From assembly GCA_035538515.1 (NCBI GenBank), contig DATLKF010000024.1:6597-70596 (forward strand): a stretch of 64,000 nt of DNA. Direction: 5' to 3'. Below are positions 18,487 to 26,900 of the stretch, one piece after another. Under the pieces are notes generated by a model. It had not been told where the DNA came from. It ran no database searches and saw only the letters and a list, made by a program, of their open reading frames with translations. Made by a program: the position numbers and the translations under genes. Source of the DNA: Gemmatimonadales bacterium (GTDB lineage: Bacteria > Gemmatimonadota > Gemmatimonadetes > Gemmatimonadales > GWC2-71-9). The first letter of the stretch is position 1; each line of letters begins with the position of its first letter.

Positions 18487-18915
18487 ATGCCGACGAGTCA
18501 GGCGAGCGCGGTATGGGAAGGCAAGCTCAAGGACGGCCAGGGGAGCTTCAAGGCGGCGAGCGGCGCGTTCAGCGGACCGTTCTCGTTCGCAACCCGCTTC
18601 GAAGGCAAGAAGGGCACTAACCCCGAGGAGCTCATCGCGGCCGCCCACGCGGCCTGCTTCAGCATGGCCCTCTCCGCCGGGCTCGAGAAGGCCGGCAAGC
18701 CCGCGACGCGAGTCGAAACCAGCGCCGCCTGCACGCTCGAGACCGTTGCTGGCGCGCCCACCATCACCAAGATGGAGCTCAAAGTACGCGGCAAAGTGCC
18801 GGGCGTGGATCAAGCGGCGTTTCAAAAGGCCGCCGAAGAGGCGAAGCGCGGCTGCCCGGTGTCGAAAGCGCTCGCCGGCATCCCTCAGATCACCCTCGAC
18901 GCGAGACTGGAATAA
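18487..18915 (+). CDS. osmC: OsmC family peroxiredoxin
   Basis: This is the internal ATG (MPTSQASAVWEGKLKDGQG) of ORF 18139..18915. Two conserved Cys contexts are present: AAHAACF and KRGCPVSKAL. Confidence 0.88.
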   Translation: MPTSQASAVWEGKLKDGQGSFKAASGAFSGPFSFATRFEGKKGTNPEELIAAAHAACFSMALSAGLEKAGKPATRVETSAACTLETVAGAPTITKMELKVRGKVPGVDQAAFQKAAEEAKRGCPVSKALAGIPQITLDARLE

Positions 18916-18925
18916 GCCGGTCGCG

Positions 18926-19174
18926 ATGTGGATCGTGTACATGCTGCGCTGCCGCGACGGCTCGCTGTACACCGGCATCACCAATGACCTGCCGCGGCGG
19001 TTGACGCGACATGGGGCGGGAACCGCGAGCGCTTACACCCGCGCCCGCCGTCCGGTACGACTCGTCTACCAGGAGCGGCAGCCGGACCGTCCGGCCGCGT
19101 TGCGGCGCGAAGCCGCGCTGCGACGGCTGTCGCGGGCCGACAAGCTGGCGCTGCTGCGACGTCGCGCCAGATGA
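18926..19174 (+). CDS. GIY-YIG nuclease superfamily small protein (YhbQ/UPF0213-like)
   Basis: This is the internal ATG of ORF 18746..19174. The sequence VYMLRCRDGSLYTGITNDLPRRLTRH is present. It is coupled by ATGA to the next gene. Confidence 0.8.
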   Translation: MWIVYMLRCRDGSLYTGITNDLPRRLTRHGAGTASAYTRARRPVRLVYQERQPDRPAALRREAALRRLSRADKLALLRRRAR

Positions 19175-19878
19175 TGCCCGATCGGCGCGACGGCGTTGCG
19201 CTGGTCGCGGCCCTCCTGATCGCGGCGTTATGCGTGTGGGCCGGCGTGTGGCAGCTCGACCGACTGCACCAGCGTCGGGCGCGCAACGACCTCGTGCTTG
19301 CGCGGCGGGCACGGCCGCCCCTCGACGTCCGCGGGGGTCCGCTGTTGACCGCGGATTCGGCGCGCGACCGTCGGCTGCGGGCCAGAGGCCGGTACGATTA
19401 TGCGCACGAGCGCTTTTGGCGCCCGAGGAGCTACGAGGGAGTGCCGGGCGTCGCCCTGGTCACCCCGCTCCGGCTCGCTGACAGCGCCGCGGTCTTGGTC
19501 GATCGGGGGTGGGTGCCCTCTCCGGACGCCTATCACGTGGATCAGGACGCCTACCGGGAAGCGGACAGCGCCGACGTGGTGGGCCTGGGCATGAAGGCAC
19601 CACGGGGGCGGGGCGACGTCGACCCCGCCGCGCTCGCTGACTCGCTGCCCTACCCCCTGCTGCCCTTCGTGCTCCAGGAGTTGCCCACGACTCGTCCCCC
19701 CCCGTCAGGGATGATCCGCTGGCCGATACCGGAGATCTCCGACGGTCCCCACCTCTCCTATGCCATCCAGTGGTTCAGTTTCGCGGCGATCATCGTGGTG
19801 GGATCGCTGGTTTTGGTGCGGAAACGGGCTTCCGGACGCCCAAAACCCCCTCACCTGGCCGTTTCGGGGTACCATTAA
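19171..19878 (+). CDS. SURF1 family cytochrome oxidase assembly protein
   Basis: The N-terminal TM with WQLDRLHQRRARN, a C-terminal TM and LSYAIQWFSFA. Confidence 0.85.
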   Translation: MMPDRRDGVALVAALLIAALCVWAGVWQLDRLHQRRARNDLVLARRARPPLDVRGGPLLTADSARDRRLRARGRYDYAHERFWRPRSYEGVPGVALVTPLRLADSAAVLVDRGWVPSPDAYHVDQDAYREADSADVVGLGMKAPRGRGDVDPAALADSLPYPLLPFVLQELPTTRPPPSGMIRWPIPEISDGPHLSYAIQWFSFAAIIVVGSLVLVRKRASGRPKPPHLAVSGYH

Positions 19879-19910
19879 CGCCCGATTTTAGCGATATTTA
19901 GGTCCGTTTT

Positions 19911-19958
19911 CCCGCGGTGTGCTGTGCCGCCGCATCGCACTCTGCGGGCTTTTGTTGT
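19911..19958 (+). terminator. possible imperfect intrinsic terminator after SURF1 gene
   Basis: CCCGC (19911-19915) and GCGGG (19944-19948) enclose imperfect GC pairing. This is followed by CTTTTGTTGT. Confidence 0.35.
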
Positions 19959-19986
19959 CCCGCACCCCGAACAGGAGCCAAACCGG

Positions 19987-20619
19987 ATGCCTGCAGCCCT
20001 GCCCCTCAAGGAGCCCGTGAAGGTTGGTCAACTGCTCCGGCGCCGCTTGCGGGAGTTGAAGCGCACGCCGCGCGAGCTGGCGGAGGCGGTCAACGTGTCG
20101 GAAGACTACATGGCGGATCTGGTCGCGGGACGGCGGCGCCCCCCGGCGCCGGGACGGAGCGATCTGTACGCTCCGATGACCAAGTTTCTGCGGCTGCACC
20201 GCAACGACCTGCCGACCTGCGCGCGCGCCGAGCGGGCGACGGACGGGGCGTCGGGCCGGCGCCCGCACCCTGACGTGAGTCGCCAGGTGCTCGAGCTGTG
20301 CGTTCCCGAGCGGCAGCGGGCGCTGCAGCGGCGGCTGGGGCGGTCCGAGGGCGCCGAGCTCGAGCATGTGATCGTGAGCCGCCTGCTCCAGGTGGCGCAG
20401 GGCTTCGTGAACCGCAAGCTGGAAGACGAAGTCGGGCTGCGGATGGCCGCGACGCGAGACGGCTGCACCTATCTCGAGGCCCGGATGCGGCTGCTCGAGT
20501 TTCTCGACGCGGATGCGACGTCGCTCACGCCGCGGGACTGCGAGGAATTTCTGCGGCCGCGGATCACGAGCTGGGACATCGATCTCGAGACCCGCGCCAT
20601 GCGGATCGTCCTCAAGTAA
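19987..20619 (+). CDS. hypothetical protein with N-terminal XRE-like helix-turn-helix
   Basis: This is the internal ATG of ORF 19924..20619. The segment VGQLLRRRLRELKRTPRELAEAVNVSEDYMADLVAG resembles an HTH_XRE. I do not recognise the rest. Confidence 0.6.
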   Translation: MPAALPLKEPVKVGQLLRRRLRELKRTPRELAEAVNVSEDYMADLVAGRRRPPAPGRSDLYAPMTKFLRLHRNDLPTCARAERATDGASGRRPHPDVSRQVLELCVPERQRALQRRLGRSEGAELEHVIVSRLLQVAQGFVNRKLEDEVGLRMAATRDGCTYLEARMRLLEFLDADATSLTPRDCEEFLRPRITSWDIDLETRAMRIVLK

Positions 20620-20650
20620 GACAAACGGCGCCGCCCGATGGGCGGCGCCG
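20617..20650 (-). terminator. intrinsic terminator of cspA (11-bp GC stem), probably bidirectional
   Basis: CGGCGCCGCCC (20626-20636), loop GAT, GGGCGGCGCCG (20640-20650). On the minus strand it is followed by TTTGTCTTA. On the plus strand it lies 7 nt after the HTH gene stop. Confidence 0.7.
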
Positions 20651-20678
20651 ATCGCTTTGGTCCCTGCCGTAGTGCCGG

Positions 20679-20888
20679 TTAGAGCTTCACGACATTCTGC
20701 GCCGCGGGACCCTTCTGGCCCTGCACGACGTCGAACTCGACCCGCTCGCCTTCCGCGAGCGACTTGAATCCCTGCGCCTGGATCGCGGTGTGGTGCACGA
20801 AGCAATCCTTCTCACCGTTCTCGGGCGTAATGAACCCGAACCCCTTCGCGTCGTTGAACCACTTCACGATTCCGGTAATGCGTGCCAT
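20679..20888 (-). CDS. cspA: cold-shock protein (CSD)
   Basis: The sequence is [36 protein letters not shown]1 (KGFGFI) and an RNP2-like motif are present. AGGAG lies upstream. Confidence 0.95.
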   Translation of the reverse strand: MARITGIVKWFNDAKGFGFITPENGEKDCFVHHTAIQAQGFKSLAEGERVEFDVVQGQKGPAAQNVVKL

Positions 20889-20905
20889 CTGCTGTGACTC
20901 CTGAC

Positions 20906-21103
20906 TTAATGGTGTTCGCGACGTCGTGCGGACTTCACCTTGCGGCGTGCCGCTGCCTTGTCTTTCCGTCGCCGTAGAGCGCCGGGGCTCTCGTAAAAGC
21001 GCTTCCGCTTCATGTCCTGAAACAGTCCGGCCTTGGTGATCTGACGCCGAAACTTTTTCAGCACGTACTCCAGGCGGTCGCCATCGCTCACGGTCACTTC
21101 CAT
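20906..21103 (-). CDS. rpsU: 30S ribosomal protein S21
   Basis: This is the internal ATG ([27 protein letters not shown]...RRRK...) of ORF 20906..21259. The product is 65 aa, the typical S21 length. Confidence 0.9.
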   Translation of the reverse strand: MEVTVSDGDRLEYVLKKFRRQITKAGLFQDMKRKRFYESPGALRRRKDKAAARRKVKSARRREHH

Positions 21104-21205
21104 GATCGCTCCGTGTGAAAGCCCCCCCAAGCCCCAGAAACGAAACGACCCGGGCGGTAGCCCAGGTCCTATCGACAGTCTCTGGTTCGTTATCGCTCGC
21201 GGAAG

Positions 21206-21234
21206 ATCATCGCTTGGTGGCCCGGATTTGTCAA
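21206..21234 (-). promoter_or_regulatory. candidate sigma70-type promoter for rpsU-cspA
   Basis: On the minus strand: TTGACA (21234-21229), a 17-nt spacer, then GATGAT (21211-21206). This is a pattern match only, and the promoter consensus for this lineage is unknown to me. Confidence 0.3.
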
Positions 21235-21253
21235 GTATCAGATCAGAGAAGTA

Positions 21254-21308
21254 CGTCAAGCAAAGGCGTCACGAAGAGACGTCGACATTGTTTCGCGACG
21301 TCGTTGAC
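21254..21308. repeat. array C1: CGTCAAG/CGTCACG/CGTCGAC units at 13-nt spacing plus inverted CGCGACG
   Basis: Units start at 21254, 21267 and 21280. The inverted unit is at 21294-21300. The array contains AGGCGTCACGAAGAGACGTC (21264-21283), which is 19/20 identical to 21454-21473 in array C2. Confidence 0.75.
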
Positions 21309-21332
21309 TTAGCTAGGCGACTCGACTAGGTT
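21304..21332 (+). promoter_or_regulatory. candidate sigma70-type promoter for the DEAD-box helicase (long leader)
   Basis: TTGACT (21304-21309), a 17-nt spacer, then TAGGTT (21327-21332). This would give a leader of about 230 nt. Pattern match only. Confidence 0.3.
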
Positions 21333-21342
21333 ACGGCCACGA

Positions 21343-21433
21343 GTTTCGAGAACCGCGAGCTGGCATCCTTCCGAAGGACGGTCCCGCTCAGGAGCGGGCC
21401 TCACATCTGCAGGCTCATCCGTAGGTTCGAAAC
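21343..21433 (+). promoter_or_regulatory. predicted structured RNA segment in the cold-shock intergenic region
   Basis: A closing stem, GTTTCGA(GA)ACC at 21343-21354 paired with GGTTCGAAAC at 21424-21433, encloses two hairpins. These are TCCTT-CCG-AAGGA (21366-21378) and CCCGCT-CAGG-AGCGGG (21383-21398). Paired by eye, not folded computationally. Confidence 0.3.
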
Positions 21434-21443
21434 AACGATAAAC

Positions 21444-21557
21444 CGTCGCGAATAGGCGTCACGAAAAGACGTCACGGGACGGCGTCACGGACCACCGTAT
21501 TACGGTTCTCCGTGACGGTCTTCCGTGACGTCTTTCTCGTGACGTCGTTCCGCGACG
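21444..21557. repeat. mirror array C2: 4 x 13-nt units (CGTC[G/A]CG core) + palindromic centre ACCGTA-T-TACGGT + 4 inverted units
   Basis: Left cores start at 21444, 21457, 21470 and 21483. Right cores (CGTGACG/CGCGACG) start at 21511, 21524, 21538 and 21551. The array is symmetric about 21500. It ends 5 nt before GAGGAG (21563-21568) and the ATG at 21572. Confidence 0.9.
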
Positions 21558-21571
21558 TAGTGAGGAGTAGT

Positions 21572-22786
21572 ATGTCGTTTCATTCCCTGGGGCTCGCCCC
21601 GGAGTTGTTACGTGCCGTAGCCGACGAAGGCTACGAGCATCCCACCCCCATTCAGCAGGAAGCGATTCCGCTCGCGCTCGCGGGGCGCGATCTCATCGGA
21701 TCGGCGCAGACCGGCACCGGCAAGACCGCCGCCTTCATGCTGCCGATCCTGCAGCGCCTATCGCGCAACGACGCCACGGACGTGCTGCGGGCGCTCATCC
21801 TGGTCCCCACACGCGAGCTCGCCGAGCAAGTGCTGCAGAGCGCCCGTGCGTACGGGCGGCACCTCGAGGTCAGCGCGGTCGCGATCTACGGCGGTGTCGG
21901 CATCGAGCCGCAGACTCGCGCGCTGGCGCGCGGCGTGGACATCGTGGTCGCCACGCCCGGTCGCCTGCTCGACCATATGGAGCGGGGCCACCTCGACTTC
22001 TCGCGGCTCGAAATACTCGTCTTGGACGAGGCCGATCGCATGCTCGACATGGGCTTCGCGCCCGACGTGCGGCGCATCCTGCGGGCGCTCCCCGAGGAGC
22101 GTCAGACGATGTTGTTCTCCGCGACCGTGTCGCCGGACGTGGACGCGCTGGCGCGGCAAGCGCTCGCGGGCCACGCCTCGGTCGAGATCGGGCGGCGCGC
22201 CACGCCGGCCGACGGGATCGAGCACGTGGTCGTCGCCGTGGACAAGCTCCAGAAGCGCGGCGTCCTCGCCCGGATCCTCCAGGCCAAGCCCGCGGGCCAG
22301 ACACTGGTGTTCACCCGCACCAAGTACGGCGCCGACAAGCTGGTGACGTTCCTCCGCCGCGAGGGCATTCCGGCCCACGCCATCCACGGCGACAAGGCGC
22401 AGAGCCACCGCACCCGCACGCTCGAGGCGTTTCGTAATGGCGCGGCAGACGTACTCGTCGCCACCGATATCGCCGCGCGGGGCATCGATGTGGACGGCAT
22501 CCGCATGGTGGTGAACTTCGACGTGCCGCACGACGCGGAGGTCTACGTCCACCGCGTCGGCCGCACGGCGCGCGCGGGGGCCAAAGGCCTGGCGCTCACG
22601 CTGCTTTCCCCCGACGAGTGGCTGTTGATGGGCGACATCGAGAAGCTGGTGGGTCAAGTCTTCCCGCGGGAAGTGATTCCCGGTTTCGAGCCGTCGGTGA
22701 AGCCCCTGCAGCCGAAGCCGCTGCAGGCCGAACAGCCGCGACCAACGCGATCAGTCAGGATGCGGGCTGGAGGACGCCGGCGCTAG
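21572..22786 (+). CDS. DEAD-box ATP-dependent RNA helicase (RhlE/CsdA-like)
   Basis: This is the internal ATG (MSFHSLGLAPELL) of ORF 21512..22786, 3 nt after GAGGAG. Motifs present: AQTGTGKT, DEAD, SAT, HRVGRTARAG and a basic C-tail. Confidence 0.93.
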   Translation: MSFHSLGLAPELLRAVADEGYEHPTPIQQEAIPLALAGRDLIGSAQTGTGKTAAFMLPILQRLSRNDATDVLRALILVPTRELAEQVLQSARAYGRHLEVSAVAIYGGVGIEPQTRALARGVDIVVATPGRLLDHMERGHLDFSRLEILVLDEADRMLDMGFAPDVRRILRALPEERQTMLFSATVSPDVDALARQALAGHASVEIGRRATPADGIEHVVVAVDKLQKRGVLARILQAKPAGQTLVFTRTKYGADKLVTFLRREGIPAHAIHGDKAQSHRTRTLEAFRNGAADVLVATDIAARGIDVDGIRMVVNFDVPHDAEVYVHRVGRTARAGAKGLALTLLSPDEWLLMGDIEKLVGQVFPREVIPGFEPSVKPLQPKPLQAEQPRPTRSVRMRAGGRRR

Positions 22787-22805
22787 ACGCAGTTGCTTGA
22801 CGCTT

Positions 22806-22814
<9 letters not shown>
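22785..22814 (+). terminator. possible short hairpin terminator between helicase and gltA
   Basis: GACGCT-TTC-AGCGTC (22799-22813), or alternatively AGACGC (22785-22790) pairing with GCGTCT (22809-22814). It is followed by CCTTTC. The stem is short. Confidence 0.3.
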
Positions 22815-24134
<1,320 letters not shown>

Positions 24135-24140
24135 GAGGCC

Positions 24141-24240
24141 GACGGTAGAAGACGGTAGAGGTCGGTAGACGTCGGCGAAGTCGGTAAACGCTGGGCGACC
24201 CGTTACCGACTGTTACCGACCCGTACCGACCTCTACCGTC
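24141..24240. repeat. mirror array B: 5 x ~10-nt units (G[A/T]CGGTAGAN) + 11-nt spacer + 4 inverted units (NNNTACCG[A/T]C)
   Basis: GACGGTAGAA GACGGTAGAG GTCGGTAGAC GTCGGCGAA GTCGGTAAAC | GCTGGGCGACC | CGTTACCGAC TGTTACCGAC CCGTACCGAC CTCTACCGTC. It fills 100 of the 126 bp between the divergent gltA and the PRT-like gene. Confidence 0.9.
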
Positions 24241-24260
24241 CTTACGTATCTTCTCAGACC

Positions 24261-24923
24261 ATGACTCCCGCCGCCCCGTCCAAGCCCGCCGCGCTCTACC
24301 CGACGCGTGGGGCGGCTGGCGCCCTGCTGGGCCAGCAGCTCGCGGCCCGGGGCTATCTCGGGTGCCTGCTGCTCGGCATTACGCCCGAGGGCGTGGAGAT
24401 CGCGGCCAACGCCGCCAAGGCGACGGGCGCCCCGTTCGATGTCCTCGTGGCGGCGTTCATCAAGCTGGGCTCCAACCTCGCCCCGATCGGCGCGATCGCC
24501 GAGTCCGCCCCCTCGGAGATGGACCCCGATTTCCAGCCGGGCGGCTCACTGCTCGACAAGCTCGCGAGCGCCATCGACGAGTCGCGAGCGCGGGTGAGCC
24601 AGGACCTGATCCTGTACCGCACCCAGCGCCCGGTGAAGCCGCTCAAGGGCCGGATCGCGGTGATCATCGATGGCCAGGTGGTCTACCCGTGGAAGGTGCT
24701 GGCGGCGGCCAAGGTCGCCGTGCAGCAGGGGGCCAAACAAGCGGTGATCGCGACGCCGGTGGCGACCCAGGTGGCAGCCGATCGGATTACGGCGCGGGGC
24801 TACGAGTTCCTGTGTCCCACGATCGTGATGGAGCCCCAAGGGCACCCATCACCGTACGGTGACATGGCCGGGGATACGCCGGAGCGGCTGCGCAGCATTA
24901 TGATCGCGCACCAAGCGGCGTGA
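24261..24923 (+). CDS. phosphoribosyltransferase-like protein (COG1926 layout) with degenerate PRPP motif
   Basis: The layout matches putative PRTases. However, the usual VDDGxATG loop reads IIDGQVVYPW and the PRGG region reads TPEG. Confidence 0.55.
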   Translation: MTPAAPSKPAALYPTRGAAGALLGQQLAARGYLGCLLLGITPEGVEIAANAAKATGAPFDVLVAAFIKLGSNLAPIGAIAESAPSEMDPDFQPGGSLLDKLASAIDESRARVSQDLILYRTQRPVKPLKGRIAVIIDGQVVYPWKVLAAAKVAVQQGAKQAVIATPVATQVAADRITARGYEFLCPTIVMEPQGHPSPYGDMAGDTPERLRSIMIAHQAA

Positions 24924-24950
24924 AGAGGGAGAAGCGTTGCCGGGAACGCC

Positions 24951-26819
24951 CTACTCCAGTTCGACCATCCCCCGCTCCAACCACCGATGCTCACCCGCCA
25001 GCGTCTCTTGCGCCACCCGGTACGCCTTCGTGTCCGCATTGCGCCACAGCTCCGCGAACTTGACCTTGATGCGCGCCCGGGCCTGGCGACAGAACAGATC
25101 CGCGACCTCGACGGCGCGCCGGCCGGCGGCGGGATCGGCGCGGAGCAGCCACTGCGCGCGCGCGCACGTGGCGGCCATGGCGAACAGCTCGGCGCCCACA
25201 TCCACCAGGCGGAACAGCACCGCCTGGCGGTACTCGAGCTTGGGCCCGAACCGCATCATGGCATGGAACACACTGCGCGCGAGGCGCCGCGCCGTGCGGT
25301 CCACGTAGCGCAAGTGGCGCGCTAGGGCTCCGAAGCGGCCGTATTTCGGCCAGAAGCTCCAGCCTAGCCACCGCGACGGGTACCACCAACCGTAGAACAG
25401 TCCGGCCCGCACCAATCCTCGCAGGCGAGCGCTCAGGGTCTTGCCTGGCATGACCACGTCGCCCGCGACCTGCAGGTGTTTGTCGACCGCTTCGCGGGCG
25501 ATGAACAGGTGCATGATTTCGCTCGAGCCCTCGAAGATCAAATTGATCCGGAAGTCGCGCATGATGCGCTCGACCGGCACCGGCTTCTCGCCGCGCGCGC
25601 GCAGCGAGTCGGCGGTCTCATAGCCGCGCCCGCCGCGGATCTGCACCGTGTCGTCGATGATGCGCCAGCCGGCCTCGGAGTTGTAGAGCTTCGCGATCGC
25701 CGCCTCGAGCCGGATGTCGTACCCGCCCCGGTCGGCCATCGCGCCGCACAGCTCCGCCACGGCTTCCATGGCGAAGGTGTTCGCGGCCATGGTCCCGATT
25801 TTCTGGGCGACCGCGTCGTGCTTCCCGATCGGCCGCCCCCACTGCACGCGCTCGCTCGCCCACTGCCGCGAGATCTCGAGACAGCGCTTGCCCGCGGCGA
25901 CCGACGAGATCGGCAGCGTCAGCCGCCCGGTGTTCAGGGTCGTGAGCGCGAGCTTCAAGCCCTTGCCCTCGCCCCACAGCACGTTCTCCTTGGGGACGCG
26001 AACGTTTCGGAACGAAATCACGCCGTTGTAGATCGCCTTGAGGCCCATGAAATGGCAGCGGTGCTCGACCTTCACACCCGGCCACGCCATCTCCACGATG
26101 AACGCGGTGATCTGCCGCTTCTCGCGCCCGCCCACGACCTTGGACGGCGTGCGGGCCATGACGACCATCAGCTCCGCCTTCGTCCCGTTCGTGCACCACA
26201 GCTTTTCACCGTTCAGGATCCAGGCCTCCCCGTCATCGCTCGGGACGGCGGTGGTCTCCATCGCGGCAGGGTCGGATCCCACGCCCGGCTCCGTCAGCGC
26301 GAACGCCGAGACGGCGCCCTTTGCGAGACGGGGGAAATACCGCTTCTTTTGCGTGTCCGAGCCGAACATCTTGAGCGGCTGGGGCACACCGATCGACTGA
26401 TGGGCCGAGAGAAGGGCCGTGACCGAGCCATCGATCGATGACACGAGCTCGATCGCCTTCATGTACGAGAGCTGGGACAGGCCCAGCCCGCCGTACTCGC
26501 GTGGAATCTTGATGCCGAACGCGCCCAGGTCGCGGAGCCCCTGGATCACGTCGTCCGGGATCTCCCCCTCGCGGTCGATCTTGTCCGAGTCCACCCGTTC
26601 GCGCAGGAACCGCTCCAGCCGCTCAAGAAACGGGCGCGCGCGCGCCACCTCTTCGGGATCTTGCTCGGGGTAGGGGTGGATGAGGTCGAGGCGGAACGTG
26701 CCGAGGAACAGGTCGCGCACGAAGCTCGGCGCGGCCCACTCCTGCTCGCGAGCCGCTTCGGCGACTTCGCGGGCTTCGGCTGCGGTGACTTTGCGCTCGG
26801 GGGGGGCGGTCGTAGCCAT
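24951..26819 (-). CDS. long-form acyl-CoA dehydrogenase (FadE-like with C-terminal extension)
   Basis: [19 protein letters not shown] and a roughly 200-aa C-terminal helical extension. Confidence 0.9.
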   Translation of the reverse strand: MATTAPPERKVTAAEAREVAEAAREQEWAAPSFVRDLFLGTFRLDLIHPYPEQDPEEVARARPFLERLERFLRERVDSDKIDREGEIPDDVIQGLRDLGAFGIKIPREYGGLGLSQLSYMKAIELVSSIDGSVTALLSAHQSIGVPQPLKMFGSDTQKKRYFPRLAKGAVSAFALTEPGVGSDPAAMETTAVPSDDGEAWILNGEKLWCTNGTKAELMVVMARTPSKVVGGREKRQITAFIVEMAWPGVKVEHRCHFMGLKAIYNGVISFRNVRVPKENVLWGEGKGLKLALTTLNTGRLTLPISSVAAGKRCLEISRQWASERVQWGRPIGKHDAVAQKIGTMAANTFAMEAVAELCGAMADRGGYDIRLEAAIAKLYNSEAGWRIIDDTVQIRGGRGYETADSLRARGEKPVPVERIMRDFRINLIFEGSSEIMHLFIAREAVDKHLQVAGDVVMPGKTLSARLRGLVRAGLFYGWWYPSRWLGWSFWPKYGRFGALARHLRYVDRTARRLARSVFHAMMRFGPKLEYRQAVLFRLVDVGAELFAMAATCARAQWLLRADPAAGRRAVEVADLFCRQARARIKVKFAELWRNADTKAYRVAQETLAGEHRWLERGMVELE

Positions 26820-26900
26820 GGCTCCAATCTAGCTGGTATGCCTTGACATCGGGACCGTCGCGGGGAAATTCGCCTCGCTCCGCTAGAGAGGAGAACGCTG

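Noticed and set aside
18926-19174. The GIY-YIG small protein and the AP2 protein (47308..47571) as signs of a mobile element or homing endonuclease.
   Set aside because: There is no integrase, transposase, intein/intron context, flanking repeats or compositional break. The GIY-YIG protein is of the YhbQ-like housekeeping type and is translationally coupled to SURF1.
21343-21433. A tRNA-like GGTTCGAAAC and an SRP/4.5S-like CCGAAGG hairpin in the cold-shock spacer.
   Set aside because: No acceptor, D or anticodon arms can be drawn around the T-loop-like string. The hairpin lacks the conserved SRP domain IV symmetric-loop sequences. The segment is kept only as an unclassified structured leader candidate.
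26843-26871. TTGACA at 26843-26848 upstream of the second amidohydrolase, as a promoter.
   Set aside because: The best-spaced -10 candidate (AAATTC) is poor. There is not enough support to list it as a feature.
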